A stretch of DNA of 64,000 nt from Alphaproteobacteria bacterium (lineage in GTDB: Bacteria > Pseudomonadota > Alphaproteobacteria > RF32 > CAG-239). The notes below the pieces were generated by a model that made no database searches, had not been told where the DNA came from, and saw nothing but the letters and a program-made list of their open reading frames with translations. Made by a program: the position numbers and the translations under genes. The DNA is taken from NCBI GenBank assembly GCA_045593845.1, contig JAZNXK010000011.1, forward strand, positions 97,198 through 161,197, read 5' to 3'. Positions 22,072-33,529 of this stretch are shown here, in pieces; position 1 is the stretch's first letter; every line of letters begins with the position of its first letter.

Positions 22072-23157
22072 TTAAATTTTATTTACGCATTTGATGATTG
22101 AGCTGTCTCCATAGGAATAAAAACGATATTTTTTTTCAATGGCATGCTGATAAGCTTTTTTCATACGATCAATTCCGGCAATAGCACATACAAGCATGAA
22201 CAAAGTGGATTTGGGTAAGTGAAAGTTGGTTATTATCATATCAATAACCTTAAATTTGTAGCCCGGGGTGATGAATATGTTGGTGCTGTTTGCAAAAGGC
22301 TGAACGAATCCGTTGTTATCGGCTGAACTCTCCAATAATCTTAAGGAAGTTGTTCCGACAGCAATAATTCTTCTGCCTTCTCTTTTTGCCTTATTGATAA
22401 TGTCTGCTGCTTGCGGGGTGATTTCGCCATATTCGGCGTGCATTTTGTGGTCTTTTGTATCGTCAGTTTTGACAGGTAAAAAAGTTCCGGCTCCAACATG
22501 CAGAGTTATGAAAACTTTTTCGACTCCTTTTTCTTCGAGAGCCTTAAAAACTTGTTCGGTAAAATGCAGTCCGGCAGTGGGGGCGGCAACAGCTCCTTCA
22601 TAATGGGCATAAATAGTTTGATAATTTTCTTTGTCGTTATATTTATCCCAAATTCCGTCGGTTGTAGGTTTTTCTCTTTTTATATATGGAGGAAGAGGCA
22701 TCAAACCATATTTTTGCAGTTGAGTTGCCAATTCTTGTGCCGGACAGCAAAATTTGATGCGGACTCCATCTTCACCATTTTTTTCGATTACTTGAGCGGA
22801 AAAGTCGCTATTGTCAGGTGAAATAGAATCGGTATAAAATTTTATAATGTCACCATTATGCAGACGCTTGGAATTTTTGATAAAAGACCACCATTCAATC
22901 CCGTCAATCGGGCGGTATAGGGTTATTTCGACTTTGGCATCTCCTCTTGCTCCGTATAATCTGGCGGGAATAACTTTGGTGTCGTTAAAAACCAATAAAT
23001 CTCCTCTTTGCAAAAGGGAGGGCAAGTCATAAAAATGTCTGTCTGAAATTTGATTTTCGACACTTAAATCCAATAATTTTGAATGGTCGCGAGGGTTTGC
23101 CGGTTGAGAGGCAATCAGGTTACGGTCTAAATCAAAATCAAAAATATCCACTTGCAT
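22072..23157 (-). CDS. queA: S-adenosylmethionine:tRNA ribosyltransferase-isomerase
   Basis: NDTKVIPARL, PLPPYI, GAVAAPTAGLHF, TNFHLPKSTL, YRFYSYGD. Confidence 0.97.
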   Translation of the reverse strand: MQVDIFDFDLDRNLIASQPANPRDHSKLLDLSVENQISDRHFYDLPSLLQRGDLLVFNDTKVIPARLYGARGDAKVEITLYRPIDGIEWWSFIKNSKRLHNGDIIKFYTDSISPDNSDFSAQVIEKNGEDGVRIKFCCPAQELATQLQKYGLMPLPPYIKREKPTTDGIWDKYNDKENYQTIYAHYEGAVAAPTAGLHFTEQVFKALEEKGVEKVFITLHVGAGTFLPVKTDDTKDHKMHAEYGEITPQAADIINKAKREGRRIIAVGTTSLRLLESSADNNGFVQPFANSTNIFITPGYKFKVIDMIITNFHLPKSTLFMLVCAIAGIDRMKKAYQHAIEKKYRFYSYGDSSIIKCVNKI

Positions 23158-23226
23158 AGCTGTTTGTCCTTTTCTTTGCGCCTGTTATAGTATATAGATT
23201 TTATAATTGCAAGAATTATAAAGGAG

Positions 23227-24006
23227 ATGTCTATGTCAAAAGTAGTTACTATGATACCGGTAAGAATGGCCTCTACCAGATTGCCGAACAAGCCTTTGTT
23301 GGATATCAATGGAAAAAGCCTGTTGCAGCGTGTCTATGAGAATGTAAAGAAAACAGTGCCCGGTGATGTTTATGTGGCAGCAGGCGATCAGGTTATTGTT
23401 GATGAATGCCAAAAATTCGGGGCAAAGGCAATTTTGACGGATCCGAAATTGCCATCAGGAACAGATAGAATCGCTGCGGCCATGAAAGAGATTGATGCAG
23501 ATGGTTCAAAATATGATATTGTAGTTAACTTTCAGGGTGATGCAATCAATGTCAATCCGCAAATTAATAATGAGTTGATAGAAATTGTTGAAAAAAGCGG
23601 CTGTGATATTGCGACTGTCGGGATGATTTTTGATTCAAAAGAAGAAGTTGAGAGTCCGAACAATGTAAAAATTGTTATGGGTTTGAGAGAGGGGCAAAAA
23701 GAAGGCAGATGTTTATATTTTACGCGTGCGGCGGCACCTTTCATTCGCAATCCCGAAAAAGTGAAAAATCATGACTTTTATCATCATGTCGGAATTTATG
23801 TTTATAAGGCTTCATCTTTGAGAAAAATTGTTTCTTTGCCAGTTGGGGTTTTGGAGGAGCGCGAATCGCTTGAGCAATTGCGTGCTTTGGAAAACGGAAT
23901 GGTTATCAGAGCAAAGTTGGTTGATGAGCTAAAATTGAACAAGCAAGCTCCGGCAGATATTGACACAATGGAAGAGCTGGAAGAAGCTAGGAAGTATATA
24001 AGATAA
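23227..24006 (+). CDS. kdsB: 3-deoxy-manno-octulosonate cytidylyltransferase
   Basis: STRLPNKPL, SGTDRI, QGD, ESLEQLRALENG. Confidence 0.93.
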   Translation: MSMSKVVTMIPVRMASTRLPNKPLLDINGKSLLQRVYENVKKTVPGDVYVAAGDQVIVDECQKFGAKAILTDPKLPSGTDRIAAAMKEIDADGSKYDIVVNFQGDAINVNPQINNELIEIVEKSGCDIATVGMIFDSKEEVESPNNVKIVMGLREGQKEGRCLYFTRAAAPFIRNPEKVKNHDFYHHVGIYVYKASSLRKIVSLPVGVLEERESLEQLRALENGMVIRAKLVDELKLNKQAPADIDTMEELEEARKYIR

Positions 24007-24168
24007 GTCTTGTGTTGTTGTGAGAACAGTGAGCTCTTAGAAATCTTGGTTAAGATACCCTCTTAACCATATCTTTAATTTTTTCCCGTTCTATTTTTTC
24101 TAGACAAAAATATTTTTTTGTGATAAATTATGTTCAATAAAGTGGTTTAAACTATAAGGGGAAAGTAG

Positions 24169-25542
24169 ATGAGGCATGATAGAGAGAATATGTCTTCCAT
24201 TTTGCGTAAAGTGGAAAAAATTACAGAGGTAGCTGAGAGTGTTCTTAAGGAAAAGGATGTCGGGAAGGTTGTAGATTTTATTGATCTTTCTCCGGAAAAT
24301 GTTTTTGTGCTTAGTATTGTTGCACCTGCAGATGTTAAATTAGCAAATCAAATAGTTGCAGAATATAAGAAAAAACATCCTAATTGTTGTATGGATGACA
24401 TGATTTTTTCTGCGGTTAATATGGTTCTTGATGGAGGAGATACATATTATGAGAAGCGCAGAAAAAATTTGAGAGAAGAGCGTAATAAAATTGAGGAAAA
24501 CCGAAAAAAACTGCGAGAATGTTTAGAGGTTGCAAAAAAAAGAAGGATGAATGCTTATTTAGTTGGCGATGAAGAGGGAGTTAAAAAACAAGATTTAGTT
24601 ATCGCTGATATAAATAGTCTAAGAAATATAGATGATGGTATGGGGCGTGCTTGGAAAAATGATTTTTTGTATTCGTCAAAAATTAAAGAATTACGCGAGC
24701 AAAAAAGTAGTTTTGCAGCTTTTCTTCTGAGATCATTAAATTCTCCTGATGCTGAAGTTCTATCGAAAGAGGATCTTTTATCCTTATGTAGTCAAGGAAT
24801 AAGGGATACGTTTATATATGGGCAAGGTGTTAGTGGCAAAAGTGAAGAAGATCTTCGTAAATTTGATGCAAGCCATATGGAAGGTTATTTAGATTTGATT
24901 GACCCTGCATATTTGATAGAGGGTGTTACCAAGTGTGTTGATTCTTGTGTCTTGCCGCAGAATATAGAAAATTATGATTTTCTTGGAGAAGGAGCTGTTG
25001 TTCAAAGGGCTAATATGTCGCCTTTGTATCGGCATCTGGCTACTAAATATTCTGAGTGGCTTCTTCGAGAACAAAAGCCAGGTTTTTGTGTAATGGATGA
25101 CTTTTTACCGACAAGCTATTTAGTGAATTGGGATCTTGTATATACAAACGATCGAGAGAATGCCAAAGCAATTTTTAGTACGCTCAAAACTTCTTCAGAC
25201 ATTCAAAATTGGATAGAGTCATTTGATAAGATACCATTAGATGATTTTCTTGGAAAAGTTCCTGGATTGAAAGTGGATATTGAGGATTCTACAAGTCAAG
25301 TTTTTGCTCCTGCAGAGGCTGCTTTGAAATATGCGCAATGCCGTGAAAAATATTTTCCTGAGCAGTCTGTTGAAGAGTGTTTGAGCAAAACTTCGGGGTT
25401 GTGTTGTCCTGAATATAGAAGGGATAGTATGGACAATATGGCTATTGCATATGTTTTAAACAAAATAGTAAAATCTGAAACTCCGGAGCAAAATAAGCAA
25501 AGATCATTCACTAAGATAAGGGATAATGATGGCGGACGTTGA
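24169..25542 (+). CDS. Orphan 457-aa protein with an N-terminal coiled coil
   Basis: Long ORF with Shine-Dalgarno and its own terminator; no recognisable family; ends SFTKIRDNDGGR. Confidence 0.75.
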   Translation: MRHDRENMSSILRKVEKITEVAESVLKEKDVGKVVDFIDLSPENVFVLSIVAPADVKLANQIVAEYKKKHPNCCMDDMIFSAVNMVLDGGDTYYEKRRKNLREERNKIEENRKKLRECLEVAKKRRMNAYLVGDEEGVKKQDLVIADINSLRNIDDGMGRAWKNDFLYSSKIKELREQKSSFAAFLLRSLNSPDAEVLSKEDLLSLCSQGIRDTFIYGQGVSGKSEEDLRKFDASHMEGYLDLIDPAYLIEGVTKCVDSCVLPQNIENYDFLGEGAVVQRANMSPLYRHLATKYSEWLLREQKPGFCVMDDFLPTSYLVNWDLVYTNDRENAKAIFSTLKTSSDIQNWIESFDKIPLDDFLGKVPGLKVDIEDSTSQVFAPAEAALKYAQCREKYFPEQSVEECLSKTSGLCCPEYRRDSMDNMAIAYVLNKIVKSETPEQNKQRSFTKIRDNDGGR

Positions 25543-25560
25543 TTTATCAATGCTAAAATA

Positions 25561-25594
25561 AAAAAATCCTCGGAAGTGATTCCGAGGATTTTTT
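25561..25594. terminator. Bidirectional terminator
   Basis: aaaaaatcctcggaa-gtga-ttccgaggatttttt. Confidence 0.85.
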
Positions 25595-25608
25595 GTTGAA
25601 GCTGATTT

Positions 25609-26817
25609 TTATTTTTTCAGCACGGCGACGCCGGGGAGCTCTTTTCCTTCCATCCATTCAAGAAAACCACCGCCGGCTGTTGAAATATAAGAAAATTTGT
25701 CAGCAACTCCGGCATTGGCAAGAGCAGAAACAGTATCTCCGCCGCCGCCTACCGACATAAGTTTTCCGGCTTTTGTTAATTCTGCAGCGTGTTGAGCAAC
25801 TTTGTTGGTTGCGTTGTCAAAAGGTTTCATCTCAAACACACCGAGAGGTCCATTCCAAACAAGGGTTTTGCTTTCATCTAAATGAGAATTTATCAAAGCA
25901 ATGGTTTTTTCGCCGACGTCAAGCAGATTCCATCCTTCTGCGGGAATTTCATCAAGACCCACGGTTTTGTGTTCGGCATTAGGCTTAAATTCTTTGGAAA
26001 CAACAACATCTTCCGGCAATATAATTTCGCAACCATGAGCTTTTGCTGCCTGCATAATTTCTTTTGCGGTTTCAATCATATCCATTTGGACAAGAGAGTT
26101 GTTTTCGTTTACGGTATCAATACCGCTGGCTTTCATAAATGTATGAGCCATACCGCCGGAAATTACCAATTTATCGACTCTTTTGACCAAATTATTTAGC
26201 AAATCCAATTTTGTAGAAACTTTTGAGCCACCGACAATAGCAATCAATGGGCGAATCGGATTGGAAAGAGATTTTTCCAAAGCATTGACTTCTTCTTCCA
26301 TGAGACGTCCCATTGATGATGGTAACAATTTTACTGCAGCAACCATTGAAGCATGGGCGCGGTGAGCTGTTGAAAAAGCATCGGAAATATATACATCGGC
26401 CGGTGAGGTCAACTCTTTGGCAAAATTTTCATCACCTTTCTTTTCTTCATCATAAAAGCGCAGATTTTCAAGTAAAAGAATTTCGTCGTTGTTCATATTG
26501 GCAATAGCAGTTCTGACTTTTTCACCAGTGCAATCATCTACAAAAATAACTTTTTTACCTAATGATTTTTCTAAATTGGCAACAATGTGAGAAAGAGAAT
26601 TTTTCATATCGCCTTTGCCTTCGGGACGACCAAAGTGGGATATTACAACAACTTTTGCTCCTTTGCTCATCAATTCTTTGATTGTGGGAACAGTGCGGTC
26701 AATGCGGGCGGTGTTGGTAACATTAAAATTTTCATCCATCGGTACATTGAGGTCTGCACGCAGCATTGCCACTTTACCTTGTAAATTACCTAAATCATCA
26801 ATAGTTTTATAATTCAT
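25609..26817 (-). CDS. pgk: Phosphoglycerate kinase
   Basis: RADLNVP, SHFGRP, LLENLRF, WNGPLGVFE, GGGDT. Confidence 0.98.
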   Translation of the reverse strand: MNYKTIDDLGNLQGKVAMLRADLNVPMDENFNVTNTARIDRTVPTIKELMSKGAKVVVISHFGRPEGKGDMKNSLSHIVANLEKSLGKKVIFVDDCTGEKVRTAIANMNNDEILLLENLRFYDEEKKGDENFAKELTSPADVYISDAFSTAHRAHASMVAAVKLLPSSMGRLMEEEVNALEKSLSNPIRPLIAIVGGSKVSTKLDLLNNLVKRVDKLVISGGMAHTFMKASGIDTVNENNSLVQMDMIETAKEIMQAAKAHGCEIILPEDVVVSKEFKPNAEHKTVGLDEIPAEGWNLLDVGEKTIALINSHLDESKTLVWNGPLGVFEMKPFDNATNKVAQHAAELTKAGKLMSVGGGGDTVSALANAGVADKFSYISTAGGGFLEWMEGKELPGVAVLKK

Positions 26818-26892
26818 ATAAGTATTCCTTCTTAAAAATAAAAATTATAAAAAGCGGCTGGAAATCCAACCGCTTTTTCAAAATATGCAAAA

Positions 26893-27903
<1,011 letters not shown>

Positions 27904-28001
27904 TTATTATCCTTCCATAGTAAAATTTATGCGGAACGCCCCGCACGAGCATTTTTTTCGCACTTAATTTAACACGAAATAAGTCTTTTTCAAGAATATT
28001 T

Positions 28002-28541
28002 TTAAGCTGACCACAGCTCCCAGTGAATTTTGTTTTTCTTAAAACGATCGTCCGGTTGAGGGGGTGTGTTTTGAGGGTAGCCAAGAACGATTATGGCAAC
28101 AGGGCGGATATGTTCCGGCAAATTAAAATATTCGGAAATTCCTTTTATAACCAAGGGCATGGGAGAGCAACCGCAAAAGCAACTGCCGATACTTTTGGAG
28201 TGTGCGGCAAGCATCAAGTTTTGGGCGGCCAGAGAGCAATCGATATCCGCGTAATCCCATTTTTCGCCGTCTTTGTCGCGACTGAAGGCTTCTTGCAAAT
28301 TTCCGCAAACAATAATCGCACAAGAGGCATCTTGAGCAAAAGATGTCCATCTTTGAAAATTGCGCAAATTTTTGAGTTTTTCTTTATCTTCTATTACCAA
28401 AAATTCCCAAGGTTGCATATTGTGTGCAGACGGGGCATATTGTGCGGCCTTGATAATTTCTTCTAAATCGGAGTGAGAGATTTTTTGTTCAGTAAATTGG
28501 CGAACAGAACGTCTGGTCAGTATGCCTTGATATAAATCCAT
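28002..28541 (-). CDS. Nitroreductase family protein
   Basis: RRSVRQF, APSAHNMQPWEF, AAQNLMLAAH. Confidence 0.92.
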   Translation of the reverse strand: MDLYQGILTRRSVRQFTEQKISHSDLEEIIKAAQYAPSAHNMQPWEFLVIEDKEKLKNLRNFQRWTSFAQDASCAIIVCGNLQEAFSRDKDGEKWDYADIDCSLAAQNLMLAAHSKSIGSCFCGCSPMPLVIKGISEYFNLPEHIRPVAIIVLGYPQNTPPQPDDRFKKNKIHWELWSA

Positions 28542-28564
28542 GATTTTTTCCTTATATGTTAATG

Positions 28565-29167
28565 TTAATTTTTAGCAGTTTGTTCAGAAAAACGAGGTAA
28601 AACATAGTTTTCAATAATAAAAGCTATTGAGCGGTTAACCATTTTGTCGGTATGCAAAAGGGTTTTTAGCACATTGTCAAATTCCGAATCTTTAATATCT
28701 CGTTTTTCAAATTGACGATAGATATCGCACAAATCAGAAACGGAATCTATCATTTGTGCAATAAAAGCCGGAATTTTTATGTTATCTTGGCCGCCCCAAA
28801 AGCCTTCCAAATATCCGGCTTCAATTTGTTCGCAACGGTTGGAGCAAAATGTTTTTAAGTCGGATATTGTTTTTATTTTTTCTATGGGTAAAGAAATTTT
28901 GTTCAACATTACTTGTTCAAAAATCTCATCCCAAAGTCCCATAAAAAATTTGAAAAAAAGCTCTGCTTCTTCTTTTGTTTGCAGACGAGGTTCCTGTCCT
29001 TCTGCCCAAAGGGAAGAGATAACGTCAGTGGGGCGAAGGTTGAGGTTTGGACTGGATATTGCTCCGGCAAAACGGAGTTTTATAAGGTTTATGTCGGCAG
29101 GACAATGATAATGTTCGAGCATTTTTTTGAACTTATCATCACCAATATATTTATTTTGGCTTTGCAT
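28565..29167 (-). CDS. Conserved hypothetical protein (possibly UPF0149-like)
   Basis: About 200 aa from ATG 29167; YHCP...FAGAISSP...LW...MGLW pattern. Confidence 0.6.
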   Translation of the reverse strand: MQSQNKYIGDDKFKKMLEHYHCPADINLIKLRFAGAISSPNLNLRPTDVISSLWAEGQEPRLQTKEEAELFFKFFMGLWDEIFEQVMLNKISLPIEKIKTISDLKTFCSNRCEQIEAGYLEGFWGGQDNIKIPAFIAQMIDSVSDLCDIYRQFEKRDIKDSEFDNVLKTLLHTDKMVNRSIAFIIENYVLPRFSEQTAKN

Positions 29168-29225
29168 TTTAAACTTCTTTGTATATAAATTAACGATAGG
29201 TCTTAATTTAATGGAGATTTGAAAA

Positions 29226-29540
29226 TTGTCTAGGGGAAAAATAATTATATTTTTGTTGTTGCTGTGCGCGGTCAATGCTTGTTCACAGGTGGAGCCCTTT
29301 GTTGACAGCAGACGAGAAGCCGGCAGACCAAGAGAAAATTTGTATGTTGGGAGTTCTAAAAAAAATGCTCCAACAGTTTGCTATAATCCGTTGTGGACCG
29401 ATTTTGAAAAAGTTCAAAAAATGGCTGATGAAGTTTGTGTTAAGAATGATACGGGAACAAAAGCCGTTTTGGGTAGAAAAAATTATTTTTCCTGTGCATT
29501 GACCACACCGACAAAAGCATTTTTTAAATGTGAAAGATAA
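29226..29540 (+). CDS. Small Cys-containing lipoprotein
   Basis: Hydrophobic leader with VNAC lipobox; further Cys residues. Confidence 0.7.
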   Translation: MSRGKIIIFLLLLCAVNACSQVEPFVDSRREAGRPRENLYVGSSKKNAPTVCYNPLWTDFEKVQKMADEVCVKNDTGTKAVLGRKNYFSCALTTPTKAFFKCER

Positions 29541-29544
29541 AGAC

Positions 29545-31275
29545 ATGGAACATACTTTATGTGAAAAAATTAGCAATAAAATTGCGAGAAAGTTCGAGGA
29601 ATTAAATTTAAACGAGAAATTTGCTTTTGCTAAAATATCCGATAGGCCTGATTTGAGTGATTTTCAATGTAATGCGGCATTGGCATTGGCAAAAGAAGAA
29701 AAGAAGAATCCACGCCAAATAGCAGAAGAAATTGCAGAAAAATTGCGTGAGGATGAAGATTTTGCTAAAGTTTCAGTTGATGGTCCTGGGTTCTTAAATT
29801 TTGTTTTAAGCGATGATTTTATTGCTTCTAATGTCAATGACCTTGTCGAAGATGAGAGATGCGGGTGCTCATTTGTTTCCGTTCCGAAAACTATTGTTTT
29901 GGATTACGGTGGACCTAATGTTGCTAAAGAAATGCATGTCGGACATTTGCGCTCCGGTGTTATTGGAGAATCGATAAGGAGGATTGAGCAGTTTGTCGGT
30001 AATAAAGTTATTGCGGATGTCCATCTCGGTGATTGGGGAACACCGATGGGAATGATTTTGGCGGAGATTATCGAAAAAGATGGTAATTGTGATAATATGA
30101 AAAATTATGATATTGCCGAAATTACAAAATTTTATAAACAAGCCAATATTCGTTGCAAAGAAGACGAAAAGGCAAAAGAGAAAGCAAGAATTGTAACTGC
30201 GGAACTGCAAAACGGAAATCCGGAATATACTAAAGCATGGAAATATATAAGAAAAATTTCAGTTGAGGCAATCAAAAATAATTATTTGGAGCTGGGTGTT
30301 AATTTTGATTTGTGGCTGGGAGAATCCGATGCTCATAAGACTTGTTTTGAAGTTGCGGAACTTGCAAAGCAAAAGGGATTGTTAGAGTTTGATGAAGGTG
30401 CATATATAATCAGATTAGATGAGGAGAATAAGCCCAAACCTCCGGTTATTATTGAAAAAACTGATGGCGGTTTTACTTATCAGGCTACAGATTTAGCTAC
30501 CATAAAAATGCGTGCCGAAACTTTGAAAGCCGATGAAATTGTTTATTTTACGGATAAGAGGCAGCAGTTGCATTTTGAACAAGTTTTTGAAGCGGCACAA
30601 AAGTTGAATATTGCGCCGGATGTTGTATTAAAACATATCGGTTTCGGAACGGTGAACGGCCCGGACGGAAAGCCTTTTAAGACCAGAGATGGTGGTGTTA
30701 TGCCTTTGGCAGATATGATTAAAATGTCAAAAGAAAAAGTTGCAGAATCGATGCCAAAAGCCGGTGATGAAAATGGTTTTTCTAAAGAAGAAATAGAAAA
30801 ATTGGTAAATCAGGTAACAATAGGTGCGATTAAATTTCAGGATTTAAAAAATAATATTGCTTCCGGGTATATTTTTGATTTGGAAGATTTTGCAAATTTT
30901 GAAGGAAAAACCGGACCATATGTTCAATATGCAGTCGCCAGAATTAATTCAATTTTGCGAAAAAATCCGGATTTGAGCGGAGGAAAAATTATCGTTACCA
31001 ACAAAGAAGAACGTGACTTGATGCTTAAATTGTTGCAGTTTGGGGCGATAGTTTTACGTTCGGAAGAAGAGAAGGAACCGAGTATTATATCCGAATATAT
31101 ATATAATTTGGCACAAATATTCAGTGTTTTTTATAATACTTCTTCCATTAAGAGCGCAGAAAGCAGGGAGATTGCCGGTTCACGATTGAGTTTGGCAAAA
31201 TTGACAAGAAATATTTTGGTAAAGGGACTTTGGTTGCTTGGAATCGAGGCGCCTGAAGTTATGCCCAAAGCTTGA
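29545..31275 (+). CDS. argS: Arginine--tRNA ligase
   Basis: GPGFLNF, DYGGPNVAKEMHVGHLRS, GKPFKTRDG, GKTGPYVQYA. Confidence 0.97.
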   Translation: MEHTLCEKISNKIARKFEELNLNEKFAFAKISDRPDLSDFQCNAALALAKEEKKNPRQIAEEIAEKLREDEDFAKVSVDGPGFLNFVLSDDFIASNVNDLVEDERCGCSFVSVPKTIVLDYGGPNVAKEMHVGHLRSGVIGESIRRIEQFVGNKVIADVHLGDWGTPMGMILAEIIEKDGNCDNMKNYDIAEITKFYKQANIRCKEDEKAKEKARIVTAELQNGNPEYTKAWKYIRKISVEAIKNNYLELGVNFDLWLGESDAHKTCFEVAELAKQKGLLEFDEGAYIIRLDEENKPKPPVIIEKTDGGFTYQATDLATIKMRAETLKADEIVYFTDKRQQLHFEQVFEAAQKLNIAPDVVLKHIGFGTVNGPDGKPFKTRDGGVMPLADMIKMSKEKVAESMPKAGDENGFSKEEIEKLVNQVTIGAIKFQDLKNNIASGYIFDLEDFANFEGKTGPYVQYAVARINSILRKNPDLSGGKIIVTNKEERDLMLKLLQFGAIVLRSEEEKEPSIISEYIYNLAQIFSVFYNTSSIKSAESREIAGSRLSLAKLTRNILVKGLWLLGIEAPEVMPKA

Positions 31276-31335
31276 GGGAAAATCTTTGTAAAAAAACAAG
31301 ATTGTATTATTATGGTTACGAAATAAGGAGAAAAA

Positions 31336-32052
31336 ATGTCGGATAAAGCAATGGCAGAGCCAATTTTGAAAATGGAAAACGTAAGTATGCGTTACGGTGA
31401 CGGACCAGAGATTTTGAGTAATATAAATTTGTCCTTACCCAGAGGTTCTTTCCATTTTTTGACAGGAAAAAGCGGCGCCGGAAAAACTTCATTATTAAGT
31501 TTGATGTATTTAGCTCAAAAGCCCAGCAGTGGTCGTATGAGTATTTTCGGGAATAATGTAAATTTTACTAACAGGTCGGCATTGGCTATGAGCAGAAGAA
31601 GGATTGGTGTTGTTTTTCAGGATTTTAGACTTTTAGACCATGTTTCGGCTTTTGATAATGTTGCTTTGCCTTTGCGTGTTTGCGGTATGAATGAGCGAGA
31701 GATCGGAGCGCGAGTTGGAGAACTTTTGAAATGGGTTGAGATAAAACGCAGCACCTTATCATTGACTTCTACACTTTCAGGCGGTGAAAAACAGAGAGTG
31801 GCAATTGCTCGTGCTGTTATTAACAGGCCTGATTTTTTGTTGGCGGATGAGCCGACAGGTAATGTGGATAGCGATATTGCCACAAAATTGATGAAATTGT
31901 TTGTTGAACTTAACAAGTTGGGAACGACAGTTGTAATTGCTACTCATAACGAAAATTTGATAAAAGAATTTCATTATCCGCAAATACATTTGCATAATCA
32001 CGGGGTAACAATAATTCCGGCAGAGAGAGGCATAAATGTTGCAAGAATTTAA
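31336..32052 (+). CDS. ftsE: Cell division ATP-binding protein FtsE
   Basis: GKSGAGKT, VVFQDFRLL, LSGGEKQR, ADEPTGNVD; next to ftsX. Confidence 0.93.
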   Translation: MSDKAMAEPILKMENVSMRYGDGPEILSNINLSLPRGSFHFLTGKSGAGKTSLLSLMYLAQKPSSGRMSIFGNNVNFTNRSALAMSRRRIGVVFQDFRLLDHVSAFDNVALPLRVCGMNEREIGARVGELLKWVEIKRSTLSLTSTLSGGEKQRVAIARAVINRPDFLLADEPTGNVDSDIATKLMKLFVELNKLGTTVVIATHNENLIKEFHYPQIHLHNHGVTIIPAERGINVARI

Positions 32053-32950
32053 GAGTACAAAACACAGAGAGCTACCTCTTTCAAAAGACAGCTCTAATTT
32101 GTTTTTAAAAATTATGATTTCAATTTCTGTTTTTCTTTTTGCCGTTACTTTGGCAGGTGTCCTATCGGTTAATTCTATGTTGGTTAATTGGAATTATAGC
32201 ATTTTGGGTTCTTTGACGGTGCAAATTATTCCGATGAACAGTACGGACAGACAAAAAGCAATGGAAGAAACTTTGGAACAACAGCAAAAAGTTGTGGCTT
32301 TACTTGAAGCAATGCCCGAAGTAGAAAGAGTTGTGCCTTTGAGTGATAAACAGTTGCAAAAATTGCTCAATCCGTGGTTGGGTGATGACGTTAATATTGC
32401 GGATTTACCAATGCCGAGATTGGTGGATGTTAAGTTGAAAAAGGGTGCTGATATTGATTATGATATGTTGGCGGAAAAATTGGTAACTATTGCTCCGCAG
32501 GCCTCATTGGATAATCATAAATTATGGCTTAATAAATTGATAAATTTGGCTTCGGGATTAAAAATGTTGGCATTGTCAGTTTTGTTATTGGTTGTCGGTG
32601 TGACCTCCGGCGCAATATTTTATACAACTCAAACGAGTTTGGGGTTGCATAAGGACGTGATAGAAATATTGCATCTTATGGGAGCAAAAGATACATATAT
32701 TGCACAACAATATGCTTTTAGGACAGCGTGGTTAGGTTTTATAGGCGGAGTTATCGGTGTGGTTGTTGCGGTGCCGACAATTTTGCTGATTGCTAGAATG
32801 GCCCAACAAATTGAGGGCGGAATTATTAACGAGATGAGCTTGTCTCCGCAAGGGTGGATGGTGATTGTAAGTCTGCCTTTGTTTTCGGCTTTGATTGCAA
32901 TGCAGACTGCTTACTATACGGTAAAACATACGTTAGAGAGAATGATGTGA
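32036..32950 (+). CDS. ftsX: Cell division permease FtsX
   Basis: Four TM segments, LPMPRLVDV, IEILHLMGA; downstream of ftsE. Confidence 0.9.
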   Translation: MLQEFKSTKHRELPLSKDSSNLFLKIMISISVFLFAVTLAGVLSVNSMLVNWNYSILGSLTVQIIPMNSTDRQKAMEETLEQQQKVVALLEAMPEVERVVPLSDKQLQKLLNPWLGDDVNIADLPMPRLVDVKLKKGADIDYDMLAEKLVTIAPQASLDNHKLWLNKLINLASGLKMLALSVLLLVVGVTSGAIFYTTQTSLGLHKDVIEILHLMGAKDTYIAQQYAFRTAWLGFIGGVIGVVVAVPTILLIARMAQQIEGGIINEMSLSPQGWMVIVSLPLFSALIAMQTAYYTVKHTLERMM

Positions 32951-33528
32951 CTAAAAAAATTTGTGTTGTTTTATTGTTAGTGTTGTTGCTGTGGTTTGCA
33001 GGCTTTGTGCTTTTTATGCATAAGATTTATAATGTTCAAAATATTGAAAAAGGAAAGGCTGATGCGATTGTTGTGTTGACCGGCGGACGTAACAGATTGA
33101 GCGGTGCGGTGAGATTATTAAATTCGCAAAAAGCCGAAAAAATGTTTGTTTCAGGTGTGTTTAAGAATACATCAATTAAAGAATTGCAAAATCGCTCTGA
33201 TGTAGAATTTTTTAATTCGGAAAAAGTTGTTTTGGATAAGAAGTCGACCAATACGGTAGAAAATGCTATTGAAACGGCACAATGGATTGAACAATATAAT
33301 ATAAAGTCGATTTATTTGGTTACGTCAAATTATCATATGCCGAGGAGTATGATTGAATTTCATCATTATAATCCGAAATTAGAGATAATTCCATATCCGG
33401 TTTATTCCGATAAAGTTTCGCAACAATGGTGGAGAAACTGGGGCAGTTTTAAGCTGTTGCTCGGTGAGTATAATAAGTTTTTGTATGTCTTGTTCAGAGA
33501 CGGATTGAGTGTAAAAAAGGAGAACTGA
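32947..33528 (+). CDS. YdcF / DUF218 family protein
   Basis: AIVVLTGG, NTVENA, LVTSNYHMPRS, EYNK. Confidence 0.9.
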   Translation: MTKKICVVLLLVLLLWFAGFVLFMHKIYNVQNIEKGKADAIVVLTGGRNRLSGAVRLLNSQKAEKMFVSGVFKNTSIKELQNRSDVEFFNSEKVVLDKKSTNTVENAIETAQWIEQYNIKSIYLVTSNYHMPRSMIEFHHYNPKLEIIPYPVYSDKVSQQWWRNWGSFKLLLGEYNKFLYVLFRDGLSVKKEN

Positions 33529-33529
33529 A

